Below are positions 24,016-39,283 of a stretch of DNA of 64,000 nt, in pieces. Below the pieces are notes generated by a model, which did no database searches, was not told where the DNA came from, and worked only from the letters and a program-made list of their open reading frames with translations. Source of the DNA: Eledone cirrhosa (taxonomy: Eukaryota); NCBI GenBank assembly GCA_964016885.1, contig OZ024741.1, positions 334,490,001-334,554,000 on the forward strand. The letters are read 5' to 3'. Numbering within the stretch: position 1 is the stretch's first letter; every line of letters starts with the position of its first letter. A program made the position numbers and the translations under genes.

Positions 24016-26920
24016 GTCTGTGTCTATAATTCAATCAATTTAATTTTTTTATTTGGTTACATAATTCTTTTTTTTATTCTGTAGAAATTCAAAAATTTTG
24101 ATGCAGACAACACAGCGGCAATTTTGGAATCTAGATTTCCTGATTGTTAATTAGTATTATGTTCTTTAGTTAACGAGAATCAGTTATTATCATATATTTC
24201 CTATTCAAGTTTATAACCTATCATTAAACCACCGCCAAAATCTATCGTGCAAAGTTTCTTTGTCAGCTAAATGTAGTAGTGAAATAACAAGAGGTATCTA
24301 ATTAGTTGGTTAGACAATATAAAGACCAGCATTATTTTGCCTGGAGAGCAATAGTGTTGTATATGTATAGTAGCAGCATTTTAGCTGAAACAGTGATTAA
24401 TTTATTTGGGGGAAAGCTTTCTATTAATCAAGCAACACGGCATTAGTGTACTGAAGGGATTTACCAAAAGAGACAACGGTCTTCTTGTAAATCAAGATTG
24501 GACAACTGCCAATTGTGAATCTATTATTAAATGAAGAGAATAAGTGTTTGAACTTTAGACAAATTGGTAATGCCTTTGACTTACACAAATAGTCAGCACC
24601 ATAATTTCATTCTGTATCTATCTAACTGGCCATCACTGCTATCTCAGAATGTATGTTTGGTGTGTATTCTTGTGAAATGTTCAATAATAATAATGCCTTT
24701 ATATTGATTGTATGACTACCCCTACCCTACTCCCAAAGTTGTGTCAGTTTTATGTTGCAGTTGTTAGAAAAGTAATGTGAACCGTTGTTTTTACATTTGT
24801 TGTCATTTTACATGTTGTATCAGTTGAATTTTTGTTGTTTTTTCTTCATCTTGTTCTTGTTAACTGATGTGAGATTCTGTATGGTATGACCATGTATTTT
24901 GTTATTGCTTTTTAAATTCATTAACCTTATTTATTATGTTTACACAAGACAGATTCTGATGAAAATTTTCTCAGAAGCCAATTATATTAAAGACAAATTT
25001 ATATTTGCTATGAAGCATATTGACACCCAGCATGTATGTTGGTAAATGTTAAATACAAAACAAAATGAACCAAAAATATACAGAAACTAGTAATGCAAAA
25101 CAAAAGGGAGGTAATTATAATGTTAATGAAGGAAATAATTATAGTTGTTTGAATAAATCATGTAGTTAAGCTGGAGAGCTAAAGAGGAAATTGTTAGTGA
25201 AGTTCTTTTGAGGGAACATACTCAATAAATCACTAGCAAAGGATGACAAGCCAAGACCTATATCAAGCAGATTTGTGACAACATAAACTGCAATCCTTCT
25301 GACCTGCCAAATATGATGAACAATAGAATTGGATGGTAATAGAGAGTCAAGGGAATCTGGCAAAGCAGTGCAACCTATTGATTGATTGATATGTATCAGA
25401 ATTTTATAAGAAGACTATTATGAAGGATAGCAATAAATTAAAAACAAATTTTAATGAGACAAGTTTAAAATGTTTAATATATAAACAATTTCTATTTGTA
25501 AGGATTACTATGACATAATGGCATTTTATGGGTAATTTAAACCTAGCAGAGTCCATCCCCTCCGCAGGTCAGAACACAGCATTTTGTGGATATTATAATC
25601 TTTTTGTTACCATTCCAAATAAAACCGGCTCTGGTTTTATGAAATGAAACCACCCATTTTTAAGGTTTCCAACTTAAATTAAAATCTTCCAACATTATTT
25701 TATATAAGTACCTTACATTAATTTATTATCTTAGTAATGTAATAATTAATAATTTTAGTAAATCCATCAAAATTCTTCATTAATTAATTGAAATAGAATG
25801 TATTTCATTAGAAATACTGTCATGAAAGGGTTAAACCTGGCATCCCCTCTGCAGATCAGAACACAGTGTTTCATGGGTATTTTAAACCTAACAGTCCTTC
25901 CCCCATTTAGATCAGTACACATTAGTATGATATATTCCAGTCATAATACTAATGCCTTAGCAATAAATATGAATATAGCATAATCTCATTTTACATCATC
26001 ATCATTATCATCATCATGTTATGTCTGTTTTTCCATGTTGGCATATGGAGCTGGATTAACCATTAAGCAAAATAAGCGCAAATTTAGGGTATCAAAAGAT
26101 GAGGGTCACAATTTTATTAAATATATTTGTCATTCCAAAATACTATTTTTTGTAGAATTTATATAGGAGGTGGGATTATAATCTTTTAAGTACTTTGGGA
26201 CCACAAAAAGGACTTCATCTAGCCCTGCTGGTATGAGTTGAATGGGTTGTTACAAACTATGTTAGTACATAATCAGAACTACTGTCCTCATAGACTATAT
26301 AGCAAGAGGCCACATCTTGCTTACATATGTTCCAGTTAAGCATAGTTTCCACAACTGGATGCCCTTTCTAACACCAACCACTTTACAGAGTGAACGAAGT
26401 GCATTTTATCATGGTGTCAGCACTAGAAAGGATGTCAGTTTATTGCCTTGACTGAAGGTCCCACCATACCTTATTTTATTACCTTTTCTATAAATATAAA
26501 ACAAAAATGAGAAATAAACCTTCTTAGACTAAAATGTTGAATAACTATTTAGTGTGGTATGCAAAATAATTAATTGTATCTAACTAAGATTGGTGAGATT
26601 TATATATGTGGCTGTATAATATAGTCCAGTCTCTAGTCTTAATTCTAAGTGACCTTAACAAACAATCAGAAACATTCTCAGGTATCAATTGAAATATGGG
26701 AGTTATAGTTGTCTGGCAAGTGACTTGATCTGAGATTGTGTGTTGAAACTAAATAAATTGCTGCTGGCAAGAATCAGTGACCAGGTCAAAGACATACCGA
26801 TGAACATTTTGACACCAAGAAATAAGATTTTGTGTATTTCAAATGACTAAACTGACTCTTCTATATCGTAATTGAAATATGTTGAGAATGTTTGGTACTC
26901 CTTATTTTTGGAATCAAAAG

Positions 26921-27680
26921 GGTGGTGGTGTGGCAGTATTGGTAGAGCATCAGACACCATGCTTGGCAGCATGGAATTATTGCCCTTTACATTCTGAGTT
27001 CAAATCATACTGAGGTTGGTTTTGCCTTTCATCCTTATGGAGTCGATAAAATAAAGTACCAGGGATAATTGCTGACCTTCTGCCAAAACTAGAAACAATT
27101 ATTTTTGGAAACAGAAATAATCGTTTCTACTTTTGGCACAAGGCCAGCAATTACCCAGTACATTACTGGTACTTTATTTTATCGACCCCGTAAGGATGAA
27201 AGGCAAAGTTAACCTCAACGGGATTTGAACTCAGACTGTAAAGGGACGTAACTATGCTAGAAAGCATGGCGTCTGGTGTCTGATTTAGGCACAAGTCCAA
27301 CAATTTTGGAGGAGGGAAAAGTCGATTACATTGATACTAGTGCATTACTGGTACTTTATTTTATTGACACCAGAAGGATGAAAGGTAAAGTATTTGAAAT
27401 CAGAATGTAAAGGGAGTTAACTCTACACCATGAAGCATGGTGTCTGACACTCAACCAATTACTGCCAATCCATTGTCATTTGTAAACAGAAATAACTGTT
27501 TCTACTTTTGGCACAAGGCCGGCAATTATCCCAGTGTATTACTGGTACTTTATTTTATCGACCCTGTAAGGATGAAAGGCAAAGTTAACCTCAGTGGGAT
27601 TTGAACTCAGATCATAAAGGGGCATAACTCTATGCAGCAAAGCATGGCGTCCGACCCTCTACCGATACTGCTAATTCACA
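26921..27680. mobile_element. Cluster of four MetaSINE-like SINEs (one +, three -)
   Basis: Repeated core and tail in both orientations. Confidence 0.8.
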
Positions 27681-28532
27681 ATGACATGAAGAAGGAATGA
27701 TGAACAAATTCTGTAACATACTACATTGTTATCTTGATGAATTTCTGGTTCCATAAGTCACTGAAGAATATTTGTAGTTATAACATCATCATCATCATCA
27801 TCACCTTTGTATTGTGGACTGTCTGAGATGTTTTTGAAGCGGTGTTTTAATGTCAGATATCCAACATGATGTCAATTTTTACCTCGTTTTACACTTAATA
27901 TAAGTATTCCCAACCTAATATGAGTGATAAGAAACTCTCAGGAGAGCTGAACAGCAAAAGGTTTTCAGAGGAGTACCCACTTATTCAAGTGTTTTGCCCT
28001 TAATTTAAGTTTCAGACCAAATATTCCAAGTTAGTGCTGGTAAGAATCTCTCAGGAGAGCTGAACAGCAGAAGATCTTCAGAGAAGAAACCTCCCTCATA
28101 CAAGTGTTTTAACCCTTAACTTCTTACAGTCAAAGGAGGACAGGCTACATCCAGATCATAACTCCTAGGTGCTCTTCTGCTGACATCTATTCATTTGGGT
28201 ATTGGAGACTTGTGTATTTAAACCATATGAAGCTTGTTGACAATATCGAGATGGAAGTCCTCTCTGTTTCTCTGCTTTCAAACTTATATTAAACACTCTC
28301 TTGAGTTTGGAAAAATAACATTGTCATTTTAACATTAATATAATTATTGTACAAGACTATATGGTTCAAGAATAGAAATATTTTCAAATATTTTTTACAT
28401 TTGACTTTTCATAACAAATTGTAAATTGTTTATTAATCAGGCTGTACAATGTTCTAAATTATCTAATAACACACACATACACACAGGTACTCGATCACAT
28501 ACATATGCACACATAATTATACACACACACTC

Positions 28533-28536
<4 letters not shown>

Positions 28537-28607
<71 letters not shown>
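28537..28607. repeat. (CT)n microsatellite
   Basis: Directly visible. Confidence 0.95.
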
Positions 28608-28611
<4 letters not shown>

Positions 28612-28950
28612 TATATATATCTGAAGAGCAAAGAGTTAGTGATGCCTTCGCTTAATATAATTATGCGAAACAGTTTCTATAACTGTCTAGGTGTTTTCAG
28701 GCAGTTGCCCAATATAGGTTTGTTATTCTCTTTCTTGATTTACTACTTTAAATTAAGTCTGGCACACCATATTGTTAGAGTTAGTATTTTTTCACCCTAG
28801 CAAACCTGGTCCTTTACAATTCAAACACATGTATGTTTATATTTGTGTTTATCTCTCGTGTATGTTCAATTATATTACACGGCTCAGAAAAACTTCTTTC
28901 TTAGAAGTATTTAATTGTAAGAGACTATTTTGAGTTTCTAACTCAGTATA

Positions 28951-29047
<97 letters not shown>

Positions 29048-29936
29048 TATACATACATATTTATATATATATATATTTATAAAATTCATAGGGATATATG
29101 TATATATTAGACATAGTCACAGATACCTATATGAGTGTGGCCACCTTTCACGGTGTGGCTCAATGAAAAATTTAATTAAGCAAATAATTATTAATCAGAG
29201 CTATATATAAAATTGCAAGTTTGAAGAATTATTAGATAAAAATATCCAGTCTTTCTTCACCCTAGTTCGTAGAAAACAACTAGATAAATAATCATTTAAA
29301 CGTAGCTATAAGTTTAAAATGTAACTATGAAAAAATAATAGACAAATGATACTGACTATTTTCTGCAAAGAACAGTCAGATAAAATTTATCTAGTCTTTC
29401 CTCTTAGCCCGTAGAAATTAACTAGATAAATAATCAATTAAACGGAGCTAAATTTAAAATATAAGTTAGAAGAAAAAATGCATATAAACTTCACCAAAAT
29501 TCCCCTAGTCCCGACTACCGATAGTTTCGCTCGTACTTTGTGGATATGTCCGATCTTGGTATTATCCATGAGGCTTAGAGCGTTTCAAGAGACCCCTCAG
29601 GTTTGGACTAAAATTTCTACAGTGATCGCTGCCAGATATGAATTCAAAAATGGTTAAGAATCATCACGTGGCTAGTGGTCAAAGTAGAAGGTTGTGAATG
29701 GTGGCCAGGTGGCAGGTAGGCTGGCTGCTAGAAAGAGCAGCCAGATACCACCTAAAGTTTTACTCTACCGAACGGGAGTATATATTAAATTCATAGGGAT
29801 ATATGTATATATTTAGACTGCCACTTGGCCACCATTCCCAACCTTCTACTTTAAATGATTATTTATCTAGTTGATTTCTACGGACAAGGGTAAAGAAAGA
29901 CTGGATATATTTTATCTAATAATTCTTCAAACTTGA

Positions 29937-29975
<39 letters not shown>

Positions 29976-29976
<1 letters not shown>

Positions 29977-30861
29977 GAGGTGTGTCAGAAAAGTTCCAGG
30001 ACTAATGTGACAAAAGATTTATTTCAAACCCAAAGTTCACACTAAGAGTTTTCTCCTTCAAAGTAATCCCCTTGGAGTCTAATGCACTTTTCCATCCTTT
30101 TCTGCCACGCTTGCATGCACTCCTGGAAGGATTCTTCCGGGATCCTCCGCAGTTCCGTCGTCATGGCCTTTTTGATGTCATCCACGTCTTCAAAACAGGT
30201 CCCCTCCGGGTCGTACTCGAAGATCCATGACTCACCATCGGTGATGACTGTCCCTAGCAAGTCTGGTTTGGTTTCAAGATGCTCGAGGATGTCCTGGCAC
30301 ACTTGCTTGCGTTGACCCTTCTGGTCATCGTTCAGCAGTTTTGGCACCATCTTTGCGCAGACTTTCCGCATGTTCAAATCTTCAGTGAGAATCTTCCAGA
30401 CGCTGTCCCGATTCATGCCCAGCTCATTTGCCATCAGCCGAACAGTCAGCCGACGATCGCTACGCACCACCTGCCTGACGTGCTCAATGTTGACCTCAGT
30501 CCTGGTTGTTGAGGGACTTCCGCTCCTGGGGTCATCTTGCACCACTCAAAAACACGTGAGCGTGACATCATCTCATCTCCATACACTTGCTGCAGCAATC
30601 CCAGTGCTTCTGACGGAGTTTTTCCCAACCGTCCCAGAAACTTCAAGTTTGTTCGTTGCTCTGTGCTCATTGCTTGACGACCTGAAACAGAGGACATGTA
30701 TATAAAATTATGAAGAAAAAAGTTTGATCGCTGCAGAGAGCTAAGATTACAGTTACATACTCCAGGGGGATTACTGTGAAGGAGAAAACTCTTAGTGTGA
30801 AGTTTGGGTTTGAAATAAATCTTTTATGACATCAGTCCTAGAACTTGTCTGACACACCTCA
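29976..30861 (-). mobile_element. Mariner element with internal deletion and ~85-bp TIRs
   Basis: TA|cgaggtgtgtcagaaaagtt... and ...aacttgtctgacacacctca|TA termini. Transposase pieces EQRTNLKF, DDPRSGSP, AKMVPKLL, ITDGESW and GDYFEG; the middle of the catalytic domain is missing. Confidence 0.9.
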
Positions 30862-30956
30862 TATATCATCATCATTATCATCTTACATCCGCTTTTCCCT
30901 TTTTGAATATATGTATATATATGTATGAATATATGTATGCATATATATATATGTAA

Positions 30957-31022
<66 letters not shown>

Positions 31023-31520
31023 GAGAAACCCCAGACTGCCATTTGCCTCCATCATGGATCAACTAAGCACTCTTGCCATAATAACACATTTTGAACTGTT
31101 TATCTTCAAGAACTATGCCTGTAAATAATATTATTTTTTCTTTCCCTTATCAACATGCCCCCCCCCCCCCCTTCCCCTATTTTTCTTTTTTTCTTTTCAC
31201 TTCAAAAACCTTGTTTGTAAATAACATTATTCTTTCTTCACCATTTCCTTAACATGTTCAACATCACCAATATTTTACATCAATACAAATTCCCCCCTTT
31301 GATAATGCATAAAATGCTGAAACCGGTAATAGACAATTATTAAATATATAACTAAATAAATAAATGCCATTGTTAATTAATAAATAAATTAACTAATACC
31401 CTAACACTTCACACAAAGTAAAATATTTTGTTTTAAACATTTTCTAACCCAGAAAAAAGAGAAAAAATAAAAGGGAAAAAAAAATATTTTTCTTCCTAAT
31501 AATCGTTTTTTTCTCCCTAT

Positions 31521-31578
<58 letters not shown>

Positions 31579-31585
31579 ATATCTA

Positions 31586-32275
31586 TCATCATCACCGTTT
31601 TACGTCCGTTCTTCTTCCACGCTACCGTGGGTTAGACGGGTTGTCCTGTTGTGGGCAGTGTCCGCTTGGCTGACCTTGTTTTGTTCACACTGGAACTGAT
31701 TATGGCTTGATTTCTACAGCTGGATGCCCTTCCTAACACCAACCTCATTTACAGTGAGTGCTGGGTGCTTTTTTTCCATGGCACCTACACGTCCACTTTA
31801 CAGTGTGGGCTGGGTGCTTTTTTGCCGTGGCACCTCCACGACCACTTTGCAGTGGGAGTGGGTGGGGCATATGATTCCCCTTATGCTCAGTCTCTCTCAA
31901 TTCATTTATGCTTTGTCTTTCACGTATATTACTATTACACATCCATCAGAGCATGCAACTTCGTTTCTTTCTAATCTACGCAGACAGTGCCCTGGTTTCA
32001 CTACCATGTACCATTGCTGTTCGTATGCATGCATCATACAGTCTGCCTTTCATTTTGAGGGAAAAAGCCTTTTGCAGTTAGCAGTGGTAGTAGCTCCCTG
32101 AACATCTTCCATCCAGTTCTTACCCTAGTTACAGTACTTTCCGAACACCCACCTCCGCTGCTAATTCGGTCACCTAGGTAGCAGAAGCTGTCTACAGAGA
32201 CCTCCCAGAGCTTGGTGGTGCATGTTTCCTGTTGGTCGTTTGGTGCTTGCTGTCCCAGTGCAGCTGCTACATGTG
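31586..32275 (-). mobile_element. RTE subfamily A-like 3' fragment with internal deletions
   Basis: Matches 1460-1740 joined to pieces of 2010-2430. Confidence 0.85.
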
Positions 32276-32297
32276 AAGCTTACATATATATATATAT

Positions 32298-34388
32298 CAT
32301 CATCATCATCATCATCATCGTTTAACGTCCATGTTCCACGCTTGCATGGGCTTGGACGGGAGTTTTCCCACTTGAGGCAAGAGTGGTTGTCATTGCTCGC
32401 ATAGGACTGTCTGGCGGGTTTTCTACAGCTGGATGCCCTTCCTAACACCAACCACATTTACAGTGTGGGGCTGGGAGGTTTTTACCGTGTTGCCTACACG
32501 GCCACATTACAGCATGGACTGTGTGTTTTTTTGTTGTGACACCTACATGACCTCATTTGTTTCGGCCTGGATGTTGTGGCACCAACATAACTTTACATTG
32601 AAAGGGGCGGTGTGGATGGGGTGGGGGTGGTGGGACGGGGGTGTATTTTGTTAGAGGTGCCTACTGACTGTAGTAGGTTTTACTTTGTATTTAGGTAAGG
32701 CGGGTCTTCTCTGTTACTGAATACCGCCAAAGGTCTCGGTCCAGTGACATTGTCTTGGAGAGGTGTAAGTGTGTGAGGTCGGAATTTATCAGCTCGTCCC
32801 AGGTTTTTCTGGGTCTGCCTACTCCGTGGTTACCGTCTATCTTTATTGCCCTGCACTTTGTTATACAGCTGTCGTCTTTCATGCGCATCACGTGACCATA
32901 CCAACGTAGCCTTCTCTCGAGTAAACAACATCTGATCCCTCTTATTTCTAATTTTTTCTTTAGTTCGTTTATGCTTTGCCGTTCACGTATATTACTATTA
33001 CACATCCAGCGGAGCATGCAAGCTTCGTTCCTCTCTAGTCTGCGTATATCCTATGCACACAATGCCTAGGTCTCACTGCCATGCAACATTGCTGTTCGTA
33101 TGCAGGCATCATACAACCTGCCTTTCATTTTTAGGGAGAACCCTTTAGCGGCTAATAGTGGTATAAGATCTCTGAGCTTTTTCCATCCAGTTCTGATTCT
33201 AGCTACTGTACTTTCAGAGCACCCTCCCCCACTGCTGATTTTGTCACCCAGGTAATGGAAGCTGTCCACTATTTCTATAGAACCCTCTGCACAATTGAAA
33301 GAGCTAGTATTTTGTGGGCACTTGCTGCTACTTATTGCACCAGAGCACCGGCCACATGTAAAATCTATGTTCTTAGTTAGCTTACCTGTGATCCCACTAC
33401 ATCTTTTATGCACCCATACTTTGCATTTAGGACATAAAATGGAGTTTCTACCTACGCCTTTCCTACACACTGAGCATGGCCATTTCCCGGAAGGGACCGG
33501 CACCTTATTTTCTTTCCTACAAACTAGAACTTTAGTCTTAGCCAGGTTAATTTTAAGGCCTTTTGATTCTAGGCCGTGCTTCCATGTTTGGAATTTCTTC
33601 TCTAGCTCGGCCATTGATTCAGCTATGAGCGTTAGATCATCTGCGTATAGGAGTTCCCATGGTCTTGAACTCCTCTGTTATAGCCTGAAGAGCAATAATA
33701 AATAGTAGGGGGCTAAGAACAGAGCCCTGATGGACACCAACTTTTATGCTAAACTCTTCGCTATATTCGTTGTTAATTCTAACCTTGCTGACTGTTTCGT
33801 TATACATGGCTTGTATAGCTCTCACAAGCCATTCGTCAACACCTAGTTTTCTAAGAGCGCACCAGATAATGGAACGGGGGACTCTGTCCAAGGCTTTCTC
33901 CAGGTCGACAAAAGCTAAGTATAGGGGTTTATTTTAGCTAGGTACTTCTCTTGTAGTTGTTGTACAATGAAAAGAGCGTCTGTGGTACTTTTGCCTGACA
34001 CAAACCCGAACTGCATTTCATCTAGATCAATTCTCTCTCTGATTAGTTGCGCTATTACTTTTCCGAGACCTTCATGACCTGGTCGATTAATTTAATGCCT
34101 CTATAGTTACTCCTATCTAGGGCGTCTCCTTTACCCTTGTAACAGTTAACGATGATGCTGCTACGCCAGTCCTTCGGAACAACCCCATTCTGTATGACTT
34201 GGTTTACTATCCGGGTGACCATGGTGTGTCCCACCATTCCAAAGTCTTTCAGCATCTCAAAAACTATTTCCGAAGGCCCAGCCGCCTTACCTGTCTTCAT
34301 ATCTTTGATTGCCTTACTTATTATACTACCTTCGACTAACACTGCTGGTCCCTCTATTGGGTCGATGTGGGGGAGACTGTCTTTCTCA
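32298..34388 (-). mobile_element. RTE subfamily B LINE, 5'-truncated, frameshifted RT pseudogene
   Basis: ORF pieces 34055-34411, 33637-33891, 33066-33614 and 32691-33017 are collinear with the 1755 ORF; (CAT)n tail. Confidence 0.92.
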
Positions 34389-35135
34389 TATATATACTTG
34401 CACACACACACACATATATATATATATAATATTAATAAGTTGACAAAATCACAATACCACCAGGTGCTTCATGCAATGTATGGTACTGCAACATCATGCC
34501 ACTCACTGTCCTATTAAATGCTACTTAGTGTTAAACAAATGCAGTATATATCTCTACAGAAATGGCATTGAGGCAGCAAAAATTTGAACAAATTCATCAG
34601 GGCAATCAACAATAGTTCAATATGATTTGCAGCTTAACGATCATCAAATTATCCAATAACGACCTCAAAGTTATTGATATATCCCACAATGTTATTTCAG
34701 CTAACTTTAAACAATAGATATAATCAAGTCATTCGGTAAAAAGACCAAAGAGAGTCTAGCTGTCTGAATATGGTGAGTAAAAAAAAAATCATAGTTTCTC
34801 TCACAATTTCATGATTGAAAGCCTCTTTCTACATGTTTTGTTAATATGAAGCAAGCAAGGGAGAGCACTCCTATAGTCTTGGTTGGTCCATGTCTTTTGA
34901 CACAATTTAAGACAATGCAGAGTGTTCAGGGTGCATTTTTTGTAACTCCAACACTAGCGAGTTTGTTGTGTCCTGACTAGAAGCTCTTCCAATCCATATA
35001 TATAAAGTCTGCAAAATATCTTGTATTTTTAATGAAAAATACATTTAATTTGAATAAAAATGTATCATACCCTCATCTCTTGATAACCTAAACATGGACT
35101 TATTTTGCTTAATGGTTAATCCAGCCGTAATATAT

Positions 35136-35716
35136 CATCATCATCATCATCATCATCAACGTTTAACGTCCGTGTTCCACGCTTGCATGGGTTTGGACGG
35201 GGGTAGTCCCACTTGAGGCAAGAGTGATTGTCTTGCTCGCATAGGACTGTCTGGCAGGTTTTCTACAGTTGGATGCCCTTCCTAACATCAACCACATTTA
35301 CAGTGTGGGTCTGGGAGGTTTTTACCGTGTTGCCTACACGGCCACATTACAGCGTGGACTGTGTGTTTTTTTGTCGTGACACCTACACGATCTCATTTGT
35401 TTCGGCCTGGATGGCGCGGCACCAACATAACTTTACATAGAACGGGGTGGTGTGGATGGGGTGGGGGTGGTGGTGGTGGGATGGGGTGTATTTTGTTAGA
35501 GATGCCTACTGGCTGTAGTAGGTTTTACTATATATTTAGGTAAGGCGGGTCTTCTCTGTTACTGAGTACCGCCAAAGGTCTCGGTGGTAAGGTGGGTCTT
35601 CTCTGTTACTGAGTACCGCCAAAGGTCTCGGTCCAGTGACATTGTCTTGGAGAAGTGTAAGTGTGTGAGGTTGGAGTTTATCAGCTCGTCCCAGGTTTTT
35701 CTAGGTCTGCCTATTC

Positions 35717-35720
<4 letters not shown>
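35136..35720 (-). mobile_element. RTE subfamily B 3' fragment with an internal ~47-bp tandem duplication
   Basis: Matches 13660-14158; ggtaaggcgggtcttctctgttactgagtaccgccaaaggtctcggt is repeated at ~35539 and ~35586. Confidence 0.9.
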
Positions 35721-35773
<53 letters not shown>

Positions 35774-37306
35774 TACAAATGCAAACACAATCACATATAT
35801 GTACATTTCTTGAGAGAAGTTGTGCCTTATTTATATATTATAAACCACACACTTATCATTATAAAACCTAACAAGGATTAGCAATATTGGTAAATCATCA
35901 GACAACATGCTTCTCAGCATTGAGTTACAGCCTTTTATTTTCTGATTTCAAATCCTGCCGAAGTTAGCTTTGCCTTTTATCATTACAAAATCAATAAAAT
36001 AAAGTACTACTAATGCACTGTGGTCAATTTAATTGACTTTCCTCTTCCCCAAAATTGTTGGACTCATGCCTAAATTAGAAACCATTATTATAAAACCTTA
36101 AATTAATTCTATAATTGTTTAGTATTGTATCTTTTAATGTCCTCTGAAACAAAGGTCTCATATTAAAACAATTTTTCTTTCTTCGTTCCATAATTTTGGA
36201 ACTTTTGTTTAGGAAGATTATTCAAGAAGTAGACACAGGAAGGATTTCTTAAAGCTAAACATCCAGTAACGATTTAGTCAAAAATATTTAAAAATAGCTT
36301 TTTAAATTCAAATGTTTTTAGTGTCTTTACTAATGGATAAATCATTGTGAAAATTTACATTATTATAAGTAAAGACTTCAATGTAGCCATAGTGCTGTTT
36401 TGTGCCTTTCAAAAATGTCTTGCTAATGCAGTTTTATGTGGTTTGTTAATACAAATGTTTATAGTAACTTTAATGGGTGCTTTTGTTGTTGTGGCACCAG
36501 ATCAGCATACAGGGGGGACTCATGGGAGATCAGATGTAGAGCATGTCCAGCTTTCATGCTTGTATGCATGGGTTTGAAATGAAAGGTGTATCAAAGGTGT
36601 GAAATGAGGGTTGGGAAGGAAGTAAGGTTTATAACCATTTCATCATAATTTTATATAAGAACTTCTATTAAGTTATGCTCCAAACACCAGCTTAATGAGA
36701 AAATTAGTTATATCACTAAATTCCTCAAAATTCTTAGTTATTTTCAAAATTATTTGAAAATAACAGGCAGTGTCTTTCTTAGAAATATAGTAGTGAAATG
36801 GTTAAGTTTTAATATATCTAGCAAGGTGGAGTCATGTTCGGTGAGCAGAATGACCATGCAGTCACTTCCATACAGTTAATAACTGATCAGCTGAAGAAAG
36901 GTTGCATATAACAAAGGGTCAGAAGAACTCTTCAGTTATGTTAAAGACATGACAACTTCTCTAGTGCTAGTGAGTGCCATGATAAAATGTACTCAGTCGT
37001 GTGTAGGAATGTACCTAATCAAGGTGTAGATCACAGGCCATGACTCTTCTGAGAGGTTAGTGGTGCTGCTTAAGTACTGAATTGATCTGTGACAACCTGA
37101 CCAACCCATGATAGCAGGGAAGACAAACATTAAATAATGATAATAATGATGATGATGATCAGGGCTGGATTTAGACATTGGATGCGAGGGACTTCAGGTT
37201 TGGAGGGACCATCATACACAAAAAATTAGAATACACAGCAAACAGCCCAATTTTATATATCAAAGCCAGCTCAGCACAAATAATTGGAATTGAAAAGTTA
37301 TAAATA

Positions 37307-38605
37307 TGAGGTGCACTCAATAGATTTTGAGACTTTTATCAGAGAGACATTTATCTAACTCAGATCAACACAAAACTCTCCTCTCCCTCAAAGAAGGATC
37401 CTCCAACTTCAATGCACTTGTTATAGGGCTCCAGCCACTTCTAGAAGACTCCCTTGTAGTCCTCCAAAGTGAAGGTGTCCAGGGCGCTTGTCACAGCTTC
37501 TGTCATCTCCTCCACCTCCTCAAAGCAGATACCTCTGAGCTTCTTCTTCACCTTCAGGAACATCCAGATGTCACATGGGGCTAAGTCTGGAGTGTAGGGA
37601 AGATGAAGGACAGTTTTGATGTCCATATCAGCTAAGTTGTTGGTCACCATGATGGATTTGTGGCAGAGGGTTTAATCCTGCTGCAGGGGCCACTGACCAG
37701 ACCTGACGAATTCTGATCTCTTGCGACAAAATCTCTTTTTGAACTGCCTCAAAAGCTCTACATAGTACTCGTTGTTGACTGTTTTGCTATGAGGGACTCA
37801 GTGGATGTAGATAATGCCCTTGCTGTCAAAGAATAGGATCATCAGGAATTTCCCAGTGGACCTGCTTTGCCCAACCTTCTTGGGTCTTGGAGAGTCAAAA
37901 TGTTTCCACGGGGCACTCTGTTTCTTGGTCTCTGGATCATAACAGTAGACCCAGCTCTCATCACATGCTAGCAGAGACTCAAGGACATGTGGTTTTGAAG
38001 CAATCTACTTGACCACCTCCCTGCTGTCATCAATGTGCCTCTGCTTTTGATCTTTATTGAACACCCTGCGAACAAACTTTGTGCATGTTCAGATTGTCAT
38101 GACTCTGTGCACAGTGCCCTCATCCACTTCAAATTGTTTAGCAATCATCAGAAGAGATGCACCACAGTCCTAATCCAGAAATTTGCAAATTTTATCAACC
38201 AACTTTGGTGTCCTGTTGTCCATCTCCCTGCTACACATCATGTTGCCCTTTACCTCCTCTTGTGCCAGTGGAAAAGATTCACCTGGCTCATGAAAGTTAG
38301 TCCATAAGCTGTTTTGACCATTTCATAGGTTTTTACCAAGCTTGACACAAAACTTTATTGCATATAAAACCTCCAAGTTGTCTTCACATCCTGACTACAC
38401 TGTGGAACCAGTCAGCTATGACATGACATGTATCATAGGTAGTGTTTAAAGTGCTGTAGTGACCTAAACCTTCAACTTGGAAAAATAAATATTTGGCATG
38501 TCTACTTATCATAACCATATGAAGGATGTATTAGAGTGACAGTTATGTAGACAAATTAACAGTGTCTGAAAAGGTAAAGTCTCAAAATGTTGTGAGTGTA
38601 CCTCA
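37307..38605 (-). mobile_element. Full-length-size (~1.3 kb) degenerate mariner
   Basis: TA-flanked TIRs tgaggtgcactca..agattttgagacttt / aaagtctcaaaatgttgtgagtgtacctca; HLPYTPDLAPCD motif and DESWVYCYDPET on the minus strand. Confidence 0.88.
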
Positions 38606-39185
38606 TATAGATATTAAATTAAAATAAACTAACCATCCTCATTTTATGCCCACTTTCTACACTAGCATGAGTTGATTGGATTGTCACAGTCTGAGACCAG
38701 ATGTATGGAAGCGAATTACATGTTTGGCATGATTTCTATGGCTAGATGCCCTCCCTTAAATAACCACTGTAGCGTGTTTACATTGATTCTGCAATACCAG
38801 CATAACAACTTTACACAGTTGACTAGGTATATTCTATCAAGGCACCAACACTAACAATTTACAGGATGTACTGAATGTATTTTATTGTGGCACAAGTACT
38901 AAAGAAGTTATCACATGCTCGGCTACACTAAAGCATTTCCTTAAACACTAATTTCCCCCTTTGCTCCTCATCTTTATATCTGGCCATGATAATGATGTTG
39001 GTTAAGCTGAATATGTAACTAGAGGTTCATATTATAATGCAGTGGTTCATATTTGATTGCAATGGAGTAAGGAAGCATTGTCTGGTCAATGAAGGATATA
39101 TTAATTCCCCAAGATTCCTTATAGATTGTTCCAATAGAATGAACCATAGCATAAATGGTTTTGTACATTACAGCAACAAAAAATG

Positions 39186-39283
<98 letters not shown>

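Noticed and set aside
24085-24150. Good splice acceptor 770 bp after exon 23154-23316
   Set aside because: The phase-compatible frame stops after 5 codons; it could be an alternative end but cannot be supported.
34560-34772. Exon-like segment with a strong gtgagt donor and an LRR-like peptide
   Set aside because: Stops in all three frames.
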